NCBI GenBank assembly: GCA_963813135.1
Contig: CAWEXY010000021.1
Location: forward strand, 1 to 64,000
Direction: 5' to 3'
DNA from: an uncultured Verrucomicrobiae bacterium
Lineage (GTDB): Bacteria > Chlamydiota > Chlamydiia > Chlamydiales > Rhabdochlamydiaceae
DNA: 64,000 nt
The notes beneath the pieces were generated by a model that was not told the origin of the DNA, made no database searches, and saw only the letters and a program-made list of their open reading frames with translations. This document shows positions 9,635-20,845 of this stretch, piece after piece; position 1 is the first letter of the stretch, and each line of letters begins with the position of its first letter. A program made the translations under genes and the position numbers.

Positions 9635-10459
9635 ATGAAAATACCGGTCATCAACCAACAAGAACCATTGCAGGTGGAAGCAGGGGTTTCAAAGCTCTCC
9701 AAAGTGAAGTTTGAAAGAAATCCCTACCCGGCGCTGCTGAAAGAGCCGAGGAATTTCTGGGATCAGATCTTCATCGCGAATGAAGCCTACATGCTGGATG
9801 AAACAACGCATCCCCGCGTCCGGCAAAAACTGGCGTATGACGCCGCGTCGCATCGTCTCTTTCTGGAATATGTGGAGGCCACGACCTTGAATGAACTGGT
9901 GCAGGCAGGCGTGACCCTCAAGGATCCCGCCCGGACACATAAAATCCTGCAAAGCGTGGCGGAGACGGTGGCGGATCTGCACGCCGGCATCCTGTGCGAC
10001 CGACCGATCATCCATAACGATTTGAAGAGCATGAATGTGCTGGTGCCCGCCGCCGCGCCGGCGGAAATCAGGCTGATTGATTTTTCACACTCCTATTTCG
10101 CCGGAAATTTGCCGCCCTTTATCACGGATAAAAAACAAAATCCCGTCGGCACGGCCAAGTATATGGCGCCTGAGAAATGGGATGACGACTACACGAATGG
10201 TTTCAAGAGCGATGTCTTCGCCTTTGGCGTCATGGCCTATTATGCCTGCACCGGCAGACATCCGTTTGATGGCGAGGCGGCCCTGATCGAGAAACAGATT
10301 CGGGAAGTGACGCCGCCCACGCCGATCCAATTGGGATTCGACGTCCTGCGCAACACATCAGCCGCCATCATGTCCTGCCTGGAGAAAAAGCCGGAACAAA
10401 GGCCGGTCATGGAAAATGTCGCCAAGTGTTATGCGGACGCCGCCAGCCTGTTCAGGTAG
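9635..10459 (+). CDS. stand-alone Hanks-type Ser/Thr protein kinase
   Basis: ALLK, NEAYML, HNDLKSMNVL, IDFS, GTAKYMAPE, SDVFAFG, P.QRP. Confidence 0.9.
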   Translation: MKIPVINQQEPLQVEAGVSKLSKVKFERNPYPALLKEPRNFWDQIFIANEAYMLDETTHPRVRQKLAYDAASHRLFLEYVEATTLNELVQAGVTLKDPARTHKILQSVAETVADLHAGILCDRPIIHNDLKSMNVLVPAAAPAEIRLIDFSHSYFAGNLPPFITDKKQNPVGTAKYMAPEKWDDDYTNGFKSDVFAFGVMAYYACTGRHPFDGEAALIEKQIREVTPPTPIQLGFDVLRNTSAAIMSCLEKKPEQRPVMENVAKCYADAASLFR

Positions 10460-10683
10460 ATAGTCCAGCAGGTCTCGCAGCTTCGTAAGGATGTTGTCGC
10501 TTTCAGCCATGCCGGTGTCAAAAATATGAGCCTGACACTCTCTATTTCAAGGCCGGCGATAGCCGGATATTACAGCGGTTCAGCCATTTTTCGGACGCCC
10601 ATTCAACGCCCGCTCATTGCTCGCTGGGTGAAGTTCCGGGTGAAACTTTTGTATGCTGACAGGCGCTTGTCTCTTCCAGCGTT

Positions 10684-11139
10684 TCAAGGATTGGCCAGCC
10701 GGAAAAACAAATTTCCCGCCGTCGGGGTGACGGTGACGAAATTGGTGCCGAACCCGTTGGTCATGGAATAGAGGCTCGTCGTCCATGTGCCGCTCGCGAG
10801 GTTGTTGTTCTGCTGCAGGGTGTAGCTGCCCGTGTTCGGCCAGAGGATTTGCACGCTGTTCGGGCCGTTGGGAACAAGGATCAACTTTGGCACGCCCGCC
10901 GTTTGCACCACGGAAATCAGACTCCAGAAACCGCCGGTGAGCGAATAACCGCCGCCGGTCAGTGCGCCGCTGGCGTCCGGCTGGCCGATGGTGCCGCTGA
11001 CTTGATACGTTCCACCGGTGCTGGTGCCGCCGCCGCCGGAAACTTTATACCAGTCAATCGAATAACTTTGGGTGTGTGCGACATCCAACATCGCGAAAAA
11101 CGCCGGCAGCAGAACAATCGTTTGAATCAAGGCTTTCAT
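10684..11139 (-). CDS. secreted hypothetical protein with C-terminal FFRL domain
   Basis: Signal peptide; SIDWYKVSGGGGTSTGG..SGTIGQPDA..GGFW domain; ends GNLFFRLANP. Confidence 0.85.
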   Translation of the reverse strand: MKALIQTIVLLPAFFAMLDVAHTQSYSIDWYKVSGGGGTSTGGTYQVSGTIGQPDASGALTGGGYSLTGGFWSLISVVQTAGVPKLILVPNGPNSVQILWPNTGSYTLQQNNNLASGTWTTSLYSMTNGFGTNFVTVTPTAGNLFFRLANP

Positions 11140-11160
11140 GATTATTTGGAATTCAACGGT

Positions 11161-13604
11161 TTATTGCCAGGCCTGCCAGTTGATGCGCAGTTGCTGGATC
11201 CAGCCGCTGGCAGAGTCCACCCGCACCACATTGACTCTGAACGCGCTCACGGAATTGCTGGAAACGGACACCGCGAACGATTCGTTCGAGTCTTGAGTTG
11301 CCGGATCATTGGCCACGGAGACAATGACTTTGGGAACGGTGGTGAATGCCTGCGGGTAGGTGATGATCAGATTGGTTACAATGAGGCTGGAACCGCCGCT
11401 GGGCATGAGAGCTTGCCCGGCTTCCAGGTTGGTCAACGTTGTGCCGCTGCTGCCGACCCGCAGTGTTCCGCCGTTGAAGCCCGCAGCGTCCACCGTGCCG
11501 TTGGTGGTGATATCGGCGACAAACGAGCCGGCATTGCCGAACTGCGCCAGCAGGCCGGTGCCTTGCGAAGAAACACTCAAAACTCCATTGGGTGAATTGC
11601 CGTAACCCACCACGCGCAACGCCGGAGAGGCGGTGCCGCCGGTGTTGGCATTTGTAACCAGCAACAACGGACTGCCGAAGCCGCCGCTTTGATTGCCACT
11701 CACCGTATAGGTCGTGCTGGCCGGCAAGCCGCCGCTCACGTTGGCCAGGTTGATATTAAGATTGGTCAGCCCGCCGCCGTTGCCGCTAAAAGTGCCGCTC
11801 AAGGTCACGCCGGTTTCGTTGTTCGTCACCACACTGGCGGGCAGCGATGACGCCAGCAATGTGCCGGTCAGATTTGAAGCGGTGAGCGAGGTCAACCCGC
11901 TGCCGTTGCCAGTGAAATTGCCGGTGAAGGTTCCGTTAAAAGCCGGGGTATTGAGCAGCACCGTCACCGTGCTGTCCCCGAAGTTGGCGCTGATCAAATC
12001 CACCTTGCCATCCCCGTTCACATCCGCCGCACAAACGCCATGCGGTTCGTTGCCCACGCCGGGCGTGGCCGCGATGGCAAACCCGCCGCTCCCGTTGTTG
12101 GTAAAAACCGTCAGCGTGTTGTTATAAAATTTTCGGTGATCAAATCCAGATAACCATCCCCGTTCACGTCCGCCGCGACGACGGTATAAGGGCCGCTGGC
12201 GGCGGCCACGGGATATTGGGCGCTGAAATGGAAGCCGCCGTTTTCATTGTTCGTCCAAACCACCAGGTATCCGTTCCCCACCGGGGCCGCGCTGATCAAA
12301 TCCAGATAACCATCCCCGTTGACATCCGCCGCAGTGAGGCCATAAAGGTTGAGGCCCGCATTGAGCGTGGCATTGGAGCCGAAGCCGCCGCTCCCATTGT
12401 TCGTGTAAATCGTCAGCGAATGACCAACATAGCTTGAGCAGATGAAATCCGGCTTGCCATCCCCGTTCACGTCCATCGAGATGACGCATACCGCATTCGA
12501 GCCGACATTGTAGGTGGCATTGGAGCCGAAGCCGCCGCTGCCGTTGTTCGTCCACACCGCCACCGTGTTGGAGAACCAGAGCGGCACGAGCAAATCCACC
12601 TTGCCATCCCCGTTCACATCCACCGCGCAGGGGGTGCCGGCGCCGCTGCCCGGAGCGCCCACATTGTAGGTGGCATTGGAGCCGAAGCCGCCGCTCCCAT
12701 TGTTCGTGTAAATCGTCACCGTGCCGGGACCAAAGTTGGCGCTGATCAAATCCGGCCTGCCATCCCCGTTCACATCCGCCGAGATGACGTTTTCAGGTTC
12801 GTTGCCCACAATCAGCGTGGCATTGGTGCCAAAGACCCCGCTGCCGGAGTTCGTCAACACCGTCAGCGTGTTGGCACCTTGGTTGGCGGTGATCAAATCC
12901 AGCCTGCCATTTCCGTTCACATCCACTGCGATGACGGAATAAGGGTTGTTGGGCGCGCTATTCGTGGAAACCGGCACGAAGCTGCCCCACGAAATGTCGT
13001 TGTTGGCGCTTAACGAACCGAGCGTCACATTGGTCACACCCGCGCCATTCCCGGAAAAGGTGCCGGAAATGTTCACTCCGTTCGCGCCGTTGGTGAGGAC
13101 GCTGTTCGGCAGTTTCGTTGCCGGAATGGTCCCGACAATGTTTCCGGCCAGCACGGAACTGGCGCTGGCCGCCGTGGTCGCGGTAGTTGCGGTGGTCGCG
13201 GTGGCGGCGCTCCCGGCATTTTCGGAATAAATGGCGTTCGGCGTGGGCGTGACTGGCACCAGCGGCGAGAGGTTTGTATAATTGCCAACCAGGTTCGTGC
13301 GCACGGCGATTTGCAGCCAATTGCTGGTGCCGACAAACTGGCCCGAACCGAAATCAATCGTCGTGGTGAACAGGCCGTTCGTCACCGGCACGCCGAGGGT
13401 TCCGGTGATGGCCGTGATGACGCTGCCCTGCGGATTCGAGGACAGGCTGAAGGTGAAATCATACAGCCCGCTGGCCGGACTGCCGTTGATGTTCAACCGG
13501 CCCTGATAGGTGAACGCCGTGCCCTGGGCGTGCAAAGTTGAGAGTTGGGGGTTGAGGGTTGAGAGCAACAGCAAGGCAGCTGCAAATTTAAACATTTTTT
13601 TCAT
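11161..13604 (-). CDS. secreted FG-GAP/VCBS repeat protein (one frameshift near 12,110-12,125)
   Basis: Signal peptide, AFTYQGRL domain and seven DVNG(D/N)G..D repeats across ORFs 12111-13604 and 11161-12057. The repeat continues across the break. Confidence 0.85.
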
Positions 13605-13857
13605 GAGTAACGTGAATTGATTTTAGAACTCGGACTGATGACAGGGGAATTTCCCATAATCGCTCCATCCCGTCAAAGCTTAAAGCGGCTGGATTTGACG
13701 CACTGCTTGAACGCGCAGGGATGAAGGCCGACCATGTCAAAACAACGGAAACCAATTTGCTGAACTTGACGCACACAACTCGGCAAAGCCTGGTCCCGGC
13801 AAGTAATGATGGCTCTCCGCAAGAAGCTGGGGAATGGCCGGGCAACCAATCTCGGCG

Positions 13858-14046
13858 CTAAATTGGCGGGCTGTCCGCCAGACGCCCGAGGAAAGATGAA
13901 ATGACCGGTATGCCGTAATGAAAACCTGTTTCATCCTCATAGCCCAAGGGAATCCAGGCTCCGATGCCGGCCCGGAATGCGACCATGATCGCCCGGAAAT
14001 CACGGTGCCGCACCCGGTTCGCGGATTTGTTTCTTCGTTTTGGCAT
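13858..14046 (-). CDS. small hypothetical protein (P.GYEDETGFHYG motif)
   Basis: The motif IPLGYEDETGFHYG is recalled from small verrucomicrobial proteins. Start codon uncertain. Confidence 0.5.
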   Translation of the reverse strand: MPKRRNKSANRVRHRDFRAIMVAFRAGIGAWIPLGYEDETGFHYGIPVISSFLGRLADSPPI

Positions 14047-14373
14047 GGTTCATAATAGCCCGGCTGGCGGTGCGATCTCCATGGGGTGTTGTGCTGACAT
14101 GCTCCCGCCTGCTGGAATTGCACCGTCTGGCGGCCAACCGCCGCTCATGGCCGCCAAGAAATCGAAAATTGTCACTTGACGAAACTGCCAAGTCGTGCTT
14201 ATACTCACCATTAGGCTAAAAAATATGAAGAAGATTCTCCGAATTGCGAATTCTGCCTCGCCCGTGTTTTGTTCCGTTTGGGCGGGCAGTCGGAGGGCAG
14301 GCAACCGTCAACTAAACCAAATTTGCCAACCATGATAATAATCTGTTCCTTTGCCTATCGCAGGGTTGCCCGG

Positions 14374-16509
14374 ATGCGTCGGAACCTTCTGCGCACCCTT
14401 GGCATTATCATCGCCGGTGCCCCGGCGGTGCTGCTGGCCCAGTATTCGGAAACGAACATGTTGGGTGGATACAATATCTCCCCGACTGCGGCGGCAAATG
14501 GCGGCATCTTCGCGGGAACATATTCCCCCGGCTTCCAATCCGCAGCGCCCGTGATCTACCAGCCCGCCACCGGCTGGGCCGGACTTCCGGTCGGAATGGG
14601 CTTCGTTTCCAGCCTTTATGGCATCCATCTTAACTACTGGGGTGCCGCGACCGCCATCAGCCACGACGGCTCGGTCGTGGCCGGCAGTGCGACGGGCACG
14701 CTCACGAACGGATTTCAAGCCTCTTACGCGGCTTACTGGACGAATGGCGTGGAGTCGCTCGTGCCCGCTCCGCCGGACGACCCGACCGCGACCGCGATGT
14801 CTGTGACTGCCATCTCTGGAGATGGCAGCACTCTCGTGGTGCAGGATTTCAACAATGGCATCATCTACGGCGGAGTGGAGAGCTACGTCTATAGCATTGC
14901 CACCGGGACGTTCACCTCCCTCGGGTTTTTTCCGGGAACGACGAAGCAGCAAACCTACGCGACCGCGATCAGCAAGGATGGCACGATCGTCACCGGATAT
15001 TACACGCTTGATAACGGAGACTGGCACGGGTTTCTCTGGAAGGCGGCGAACGGAATGACCGACATCGGCATTCCCGCCAGCGCCGTGGGCGCGAATTCTG
15101 TCTATCTCAAGCCCGCTTGCATCAGCGATGACGGGACGACTTTGTATGGCACTCGTTTCTGCCGACAACGGCTGGGGAGGCTTTCGCTACAACACGACGA
15201 ACGGGTTCCAAGACCTGGGAGACTTTTCGCCAACCGCCTGCACGGCGAATGGAAATGAAGCGGTGGGAACCAAAGGCCCGTTTAATTCCGCGGCGATCTG
15301 GTCGCCTGGAACCGGCAGCGGCACGGTGGCCAATCTCCTTTCCGCCAACGGCATCACGCCCAGTCCCTACGGCCTCGTGGGTCCTGCCAGCTATTTCGCC
15401 GGATGGCTCGGCCATGACGGCCGTCATCCCGAATCCCGTAAGCGGGGAGCATTATCACACGTTCACCCCCATGCTGATCACCCTGCTGGTTCCCCTGAAA
15501 ACGGCGGCGGTTCCGCCGGCCAAGCTGACTCTTCCAAACGCTTTATCAGGAGACGCTCATTGAACCGGCTGGAACGCTCATTCAATCTGCCGATTTCAAC
15601 ATCGGTGCGTCGGCCGTCCTTGTCAAAGGGCCAGCCCACGCCTCCTCGTTTGTGCTGAACACGAACGGATCATTCACCTATACACCCAAACCGGGCTATA
15701 TCAGCGCCGCCCCTGATTCCGAAAATGGCATCCCTCCGGACACTTTCATCTATCATCTGGTAAATCCGAGCGGAACCAGCACCAACGCCGTGGTGCAGAT
15801 TACTGTGCTGCCTCCAACACTCCCGACGGTGGATACGCCCACGGTGGCAAATGTCACCGCCACAACGGCAACGCTCGGTGGCAATGTGTCGAGCGACGGA
15901 GGAGCCGCGATCACCGGCGTCGGCGTGGTCTATGCGCCCACGCTCATTGACAGCAACCCGCAACTCGGCGACGGCTTTGCCAGCACCGCCACCGGAACCG
16001 GCACCACGGGAACCTTCACGGTCAATATCAGCGGCCTCTCACCGGGCACCGATTACTCCTTTGCGGCCTATGCCACCAACAGTGTGGGTGTCACCTACAC
16101 CATGACCGGCTATTTCACCACACTCGCAACCATCCAGAGCTGGCAACAGATGTGGTTTGGCGGCCCGGCCATCAGTGCAGCCGTCTTGACGGCGAATCCC
16201 TATAACACCGGGGTTCAGAATATTGCGGTCTTCGCCTATCTCGGACCGTATCAAAATCCCAGCATGGCCACTCCCGACCAGCTCCCGCAGATGCAGATGA
16301 GCGGCGGCAATCTTTTTTACAGCTTCACTGAACCCGCCGGGATAAGCGGCATCACCTACGGCGCGCAGTGGAGTGCGACGATGCTGCCCAACGACTGGCA
16401 CCCTGTCACCGACACCGGCGACCCCACCACCACGCCACCCAGTCATCTTTTCAGCATGCCCATGACCAACTCACAACTCTTCATGCGGCTGACGTTGATC
16501 GCTCAATAG
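14374..16509 (+). CDS. secreted protein with HAF-like repeats, Ig/cadherin-like and FN3 domains (frameshifted)
   Basis: Repeats ATAIS.DGS/T.V.G, then LNTNGSFTYTP, FN3 (ISGLSPGTDYSFAAYATNSVG) and C-terminal QLFMRL. Pieces lie in at least three frames. Confidence 0.75.
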
Positions 16510-16667
16510 TTGCTCGCCGTCTGCAAAGACTGGCACTTCGCAAGGTGATGGGGGAAAGACCCCATGGCAAACCGGCAGTCTTGGATCGCAGTCAGGCGGG
16601 GCAGCCGGTCGCAAAAAAAAACGCCCCGATGCTTCTGGCACCGGGACGTTGGCAAGTGGCGGGAAAA

Positions 16668-17180
16668 TTATTTTTCCTTGCCGGTAAGGCCGGCCTTTTG
16701 CAGGGCGTCAAACACGGCCTTGTCGTTGAAATTGCCGGTCACTTCAAATGACTTGGCGCCTTTGGCCGCCGTGTTGCCGGTGACGCCCGGCACGGTTCCA
16801 AGCACATCATTCACCGCCTTGACGCATTTCCCGCAGCAGAGATGCAGACCTTCAATTTTGATGGATTGCACCGTCTGGTTTTTCGCGCCGGTATCGGCGC
16901 TGATTTTGACCGAGGCATCGCTGCTCTTGCCAAAGAAGCCTGCGGCCACGAGCGCGTCCGCGCCTTTTTGAACCGTGGCCGTGTCTGGCCCGGTCAGGGT
17001 CACGGTGCTGGCGTCCTCATCCGCCTTGGCCGTCAAGCCGCTGACATCGGCCACGGCCTTGGCCACCCCTTTCACGCAGGACTGACAGCAGATATGCACA
17101 TCGGTGATGGTGACGGTGACATCGGCGGCACGGGCCGTCAGGGTCAAAGCCATAATCATGGCCGCAATGGTAATTTTCAT
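16668..17180 (-). CDS. secreted protein with two heavy-metal-associated (HMA) domains
   Basis: Signal peptide; VHICCQSCV and LHLCCGKCV motifs, each in an HMA-like repeat. Confidence 0.85.
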   Translation of the reverse strand: MKITIAAMIMALTLTARAADVTVTITDVHICCQSCVKGVAKAVADVSGLTAKADEDASTVTLTGPDTATVQKGADALVAAGFFGKSSDASVKISADTGAKNQTVQSIKIEGLHLCCGKCVKAVNDVLGTVPGVTGNTAAKGAKSFEVTGNFNDKAVFDALQKAGLTGKEK

Positions 17181-17545
17181 AGGCTTATTATTTAACGGTT
17201 AATGTTCTTTGTGTTTCAACCGCCATACCTAAACCCTTTTCAGGGAAAATTCAACCAGGAACCAACATCCTTCTCCGAACCGCAGGGGTTGCAGGTTAGC
17301 CGCCTGCACAGACAGGGAATTCAACACCAAGGCGCAAAGGGGCAAGGACGCGGGGCTGATGGCCAGATTCAGTTTGGTTTGCAATTCCGCATTCCGAAAC
17401 CATCATCTGACTGGCAATCCGAAAGGGGCAGGGGAAATGGCTCGATGACGGTATTTAGATTGTATTTCATCGCAGTGCGGTGTAAAATCATGGCCAGCAG
17501 GCGCAAATCACCATCAAACAATTCAAACTTAATCCCAAATCCTTC

Positions 17546-19063
17546 TTGAACACCACCCACGCTCAAAAACCATTCACCCACTGCGGCGCAGCTTCAATAC
17601 TGAGCCGGGTTCTGCCCGCGTTCCTCGTCGTGCTGGGATTCATCCTGGCCGGCCCGGCAACGGCGCAGACTTTTAAGACCCTGCATGCCTTTACGAAAAG
17701 CGACGGAGCCACTCCCTATTCCGAATTGATTTTATCCGGCAACACCCTCTACGGGACGGCGAGCGCCGGTGGCAATTCGGGCACCTACTATCCCAATGGC
17801 AATGGCATGTTGTTCGCCGTCAACACCGATGGTTCGGGTTTTACCAATGAATACTTTTTTACGGGATTCCCCCCGGTTTTAATCTTACCAACACCGACGG
17901 CAGCGTGCCGTTCGCCGGATTGATTTTATCGGGCACCAACCTCTATGGAGCGGCCTATGGCGGCGGCGCTTTCGGCGTCGGCACCGTGTTCGCCGTCAAT
18001 ACCAACGGCTCTGGTTTTACCAACCTATACTCATTTACCGGTGGCAATGACGGCGGCGGCCGGATGCCGCCTTGGTTTTATCCAGCAACATCCTTTACGG
18101 GACGACCGCCTATGGCGGCGGCGCGAACAATGGCACGGTGTTTGCCATCAACGTCAACGGCACCGGATTTACGAACCTGTTTAATTTCACCAACGGCATC
18201 AGCGGCGACGATCCGGGCGGCGTTTTGATTCTGTCGGGCCGGACATTGTATGGAACGACCTCCGGCGGCAATGGCGGCTTTGGCGACGGTGTTTGCCATC
18301 AACACCGACGGATCGAGCTTTACCAACCTCCATGTTTTCACGGCCAACTCCGGTTTTCCTTTATATACCAACAGCGACGGGAGCAATCCCAACGCCGGAT
18401 TGGTTTTATCTGGCAAAACCTTGTATGGCGCGGCGGCCCAAGGCGGCAGGTTTGGTTCCGGCACACTGTTCGCCGTCAACACCAATGGGGGCTTTACCGA
18501 ACCTTTATTCGTTCACGGCCACCTCTGGCACACCCCTGACCAACAGCGACGGGGCCAGTCCGCGGGGCAGCTTGATTGTCTCCGGCGGCACCCTGTATGG
18601 GACCGCCTATAATGGCGGCAGGTTCGGCTCCGGCACGCTGTTCGGCATCAGCACCAATGGCACGGGCTTTACGAACCTCTACACATTCACCTACAACAGC
18701 ACTTATCCTTATACCAACAGCGACGGGGCGCATCCGAATGCCGCATTGCTGCTATCGGGCAACACCCTCTACGGAACCGCGTATAATGGCGGCAATCCGG
18801 GCATCAGCGTGGAATATGGCACCGTGTTCAGTTTTACCCTGGCGACCGTCAGCCTGCCGCTGCTCGCCATCCACCATTCCGGAACCAATGTGATTTTGAC
18901 CTGGCCCACCAATGCCACGGGCTTCAATCTGGAATCCACCACCAATCTTGTTTCACCGGCAGCCTGGATCACCAATGCGACCGCCCCGTTCGTCGTCAAT
19001 ACGAATAATGCCGTGACCAATGGCATAACTGGGACAAGGAAGTTCTACCGGTTAAGCCAGTAA
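17546..19063 (+). CDS. Gloeo_Verruco (GloVer) tandem-repeat secreted protein (several frameshifts)
   Basis: Repeated L.LSGNTLYGT..GG..G.GTVFA.NT.G.GFTNL..F units across ORFs 17546, 17905, 18072, 18250 and 18293; ends RKFYRLSQ. Confidence 0.85.
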
Positions 19064-19112
19064 TAATTCCGCAGACCGAATTTGCAATGGCCCGCCGCAA
19101 ATGGGGAATGGT

Positions 19113-19287
19113 GGCCGTGCGCAAGCACCCCCGGCTGTGGTTGGCCGCGCCCTCGCGGCAAACTTCGGGCGGGCGCAAGGGACTTTCCACGTTTATTTCA
19201 ACGGCGCTGGTAGGGACGATTTCCACATCGTCCCATGCTTGCCGGAGAATGGAAAATGGGGACGCGGGTGGAACGCATGTGCTCCCC
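19113..19287. repeat. nested REP-like elements
   Basis: A GTAG-anchored hairpin GTAGGGACGATTTCCACATCGTCCC (19210) lies inside an element ending GTGCTCCCC, like 2642-2791. Confidence 0.6.
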
Positions 19288-19817
19288 AGACCAAGGGGAA
19301 ATTCAACGCCAAGGCGCAAAGGTGCCAGGACGCAAGACCAAGAAATCTCTGCGCCTTCGGGTCTTGGCGTCTTTGCGTTAAAATTGGATGGTGGTAGGGA
19401 CATTGCGCGGCGATGTCCCCGCTGGCGCAGTCCCCGCATTGGCCAGCGAAACGGGGAGCGGTCCGGCGGCGGACGGGAGACGGGGAATTCAACGCCAAGA
19501 CGCAAAGGTGCCAGGACGCCATGGTAAAAATCTCTGCGCCTTCGGGCCTTGGCGTCTTTGCGTTAAAATTGGATGGTGGTAGGGACATTGCGCGGCGATG
19601 TCCCCGCTGGCGCAGTCCCCGCATTGGCCAGCGGAACGGGGAGCGGTCCGGCGGCGGACGGGAGACGGGGAATTCAACGCCAAGGCGCAAAGGTGCCAGG
19701 ACGCCATGGAAAAAATCTCTGCGCCTTCGGGCCTTGGCGTCTTTGCGTTAAATTCCGTGCCCGACCGGAAGGTCTGGCCCGGACGCTAGTGGCCGCCGGC
19801 AAAGACCAGCACGCCGC
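19287..19817. repeat. composite tandem repeat, ~185-bp period (copy A)
   Basis: An ~85-bp imperfect palindrome AATTCAACGCCAAG..CGCAAAGG...GGCGTCTTTGCGTTAAA starts at 19300, 19486 and 19671. Near-identical linkers between them carry GTAGGGACATTGC..GCGATGTCCC. Confidence 0.95.
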
Positions 19818-19919
19818 TTGGAAGGGGAATGGAACTCGTAAATTGTCCCATGAATGGACGCGACGGAGCCGCACACGGACCGAAAACGTGAAAATGGACG
19901 TGGAATCAACATTACTTCG

Positions 19920-20148
19920 ACGCGGGACTGACATGAGTCGCGCGTCGAGTGATGTCAGTCGCGCGCTAATTGACATCAGTCGGACGCCGACTGACATCAG
20001 TCCCGCGCCGACCAATATCAGTCGCACTCGACTGATGCCAGTCACGCGCCGACCGACATTAGTCAGCCGTCGAGTGATGTCACTCGCGCGCTAACCGACA
20101 TCAGTCGACGTCGAGTGATGTCAGTCCCGCGTCGAGTGATGTCAGTCC
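19920..20148. repeat. tandem array of 11 palindromic 21-bp units
   Basis: Consensus CGCG(T/C)CGA(C/G)TGA(CA/TG)TCAGTC(G/C). Units start at 19920, 19941, 19962, 19983, 20004, 20025 (20 nt), 20045, 20066, 20087, 20108 (20 nt) and 20128. Confidence 0.9.
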
Positions 20149-20338
20149 GAGGGCGACTTTTGGGTGTAAATGGAGGATTTATTGGGGTTTTGCGATAATC
20201 TGGATGGTGCCGGTGCCCAGCCACCCGCTTCCGAACGCCAGTTTTCCAGAAAACATACGAAAATACCCAAATCGGACAGTGTTCGAGGCGAATGACGCCA
20301 AATTTGGGATTTCGACGGCAGCAACCCGGCGGCTTATT

Positions 20339-20417
20339 GTAGGAGACGACGTGAGGAGTCTCTGACTGAAAACCGGCAAACCGGATTTGAAATGAGACTC
20401 GTCACCTCGTCTCCTGC
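20339..20417. repeat. GTAG-type REP hairpin (copy 1)
   Basis: GTAGGAGACGACGTGAGGAGTCTC...GAGACTCGTCACCTCGTCTCCTGC; second copy at 24830. Confidence 0.8.
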
Positions 20418-20427
20418 AAGATCAAGG

Positions 20428-20766
20428 CAGACCAAGGGGAATTCAACGCCAAGGCGCAAAGGTGCCAGGACGCAAGGCCAAGAAATCTTTGCGCCTTCGG
20501 TCTTGGCGTCTTTGCGTTAAAATTGGATGGTGGTAGGGACATTGCGCTGCGATGTCCCCGCTGGCGCGGTCCCCACATTGGCCAGCGGAACGGGGAGCTG
20601 TCCGGCGGCAAAGGCTGGGAATTCAACGCCAAGGCGCAAAGGTGCAGGACGCAATGGTTAAAAATCTCTGCGTCTTTGGGTCTTGGCGGCTTTGCGTTAA
20701 GTTCCGTGCCCGACCGGAAGGTCTGGCCCGGCCGCTGGTGGCCGTCGGCAAAGACCAGCACGCCGC
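20428..20766. repeat. composite repeat (copy B, direct repeat of 19287-19817 with one unit fewer)
   Basis: Same start CAGACCAAGGGG, two palindromes, one linker and the same tail CCGTGCCCGACCGGAAGGTCTGGCCCGG...GACCAGCACGCCGC. Confidence 0.95.
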
Positions 20767-20845
20767 AAGGGGCTGGGAAATGGCGGGGCAACGAAACCTG
20801 GCGCTAATGCGACCGCCAATTTCGTGTTCGGTAAACACAATCCCT

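Noticed and set aside
13770..13860. Possible riboswitch (GCAAAGCCTGGTC...GGCCGGGC pairing, loosely c-di-GMP-I-like)
   Set aside because: The resemblance is on the strand opposite the downstream gene and the GNRA-capped first stem is missing; an Rfam/Infernal search would be needed.
19287..20766. CRISPR array (185-bp periodic repeats or the 21-bp array)
   Set aside because: Linkers are near-identical rather than unique spacers, the 21-mers abut without spacers, and no cas genes are present.
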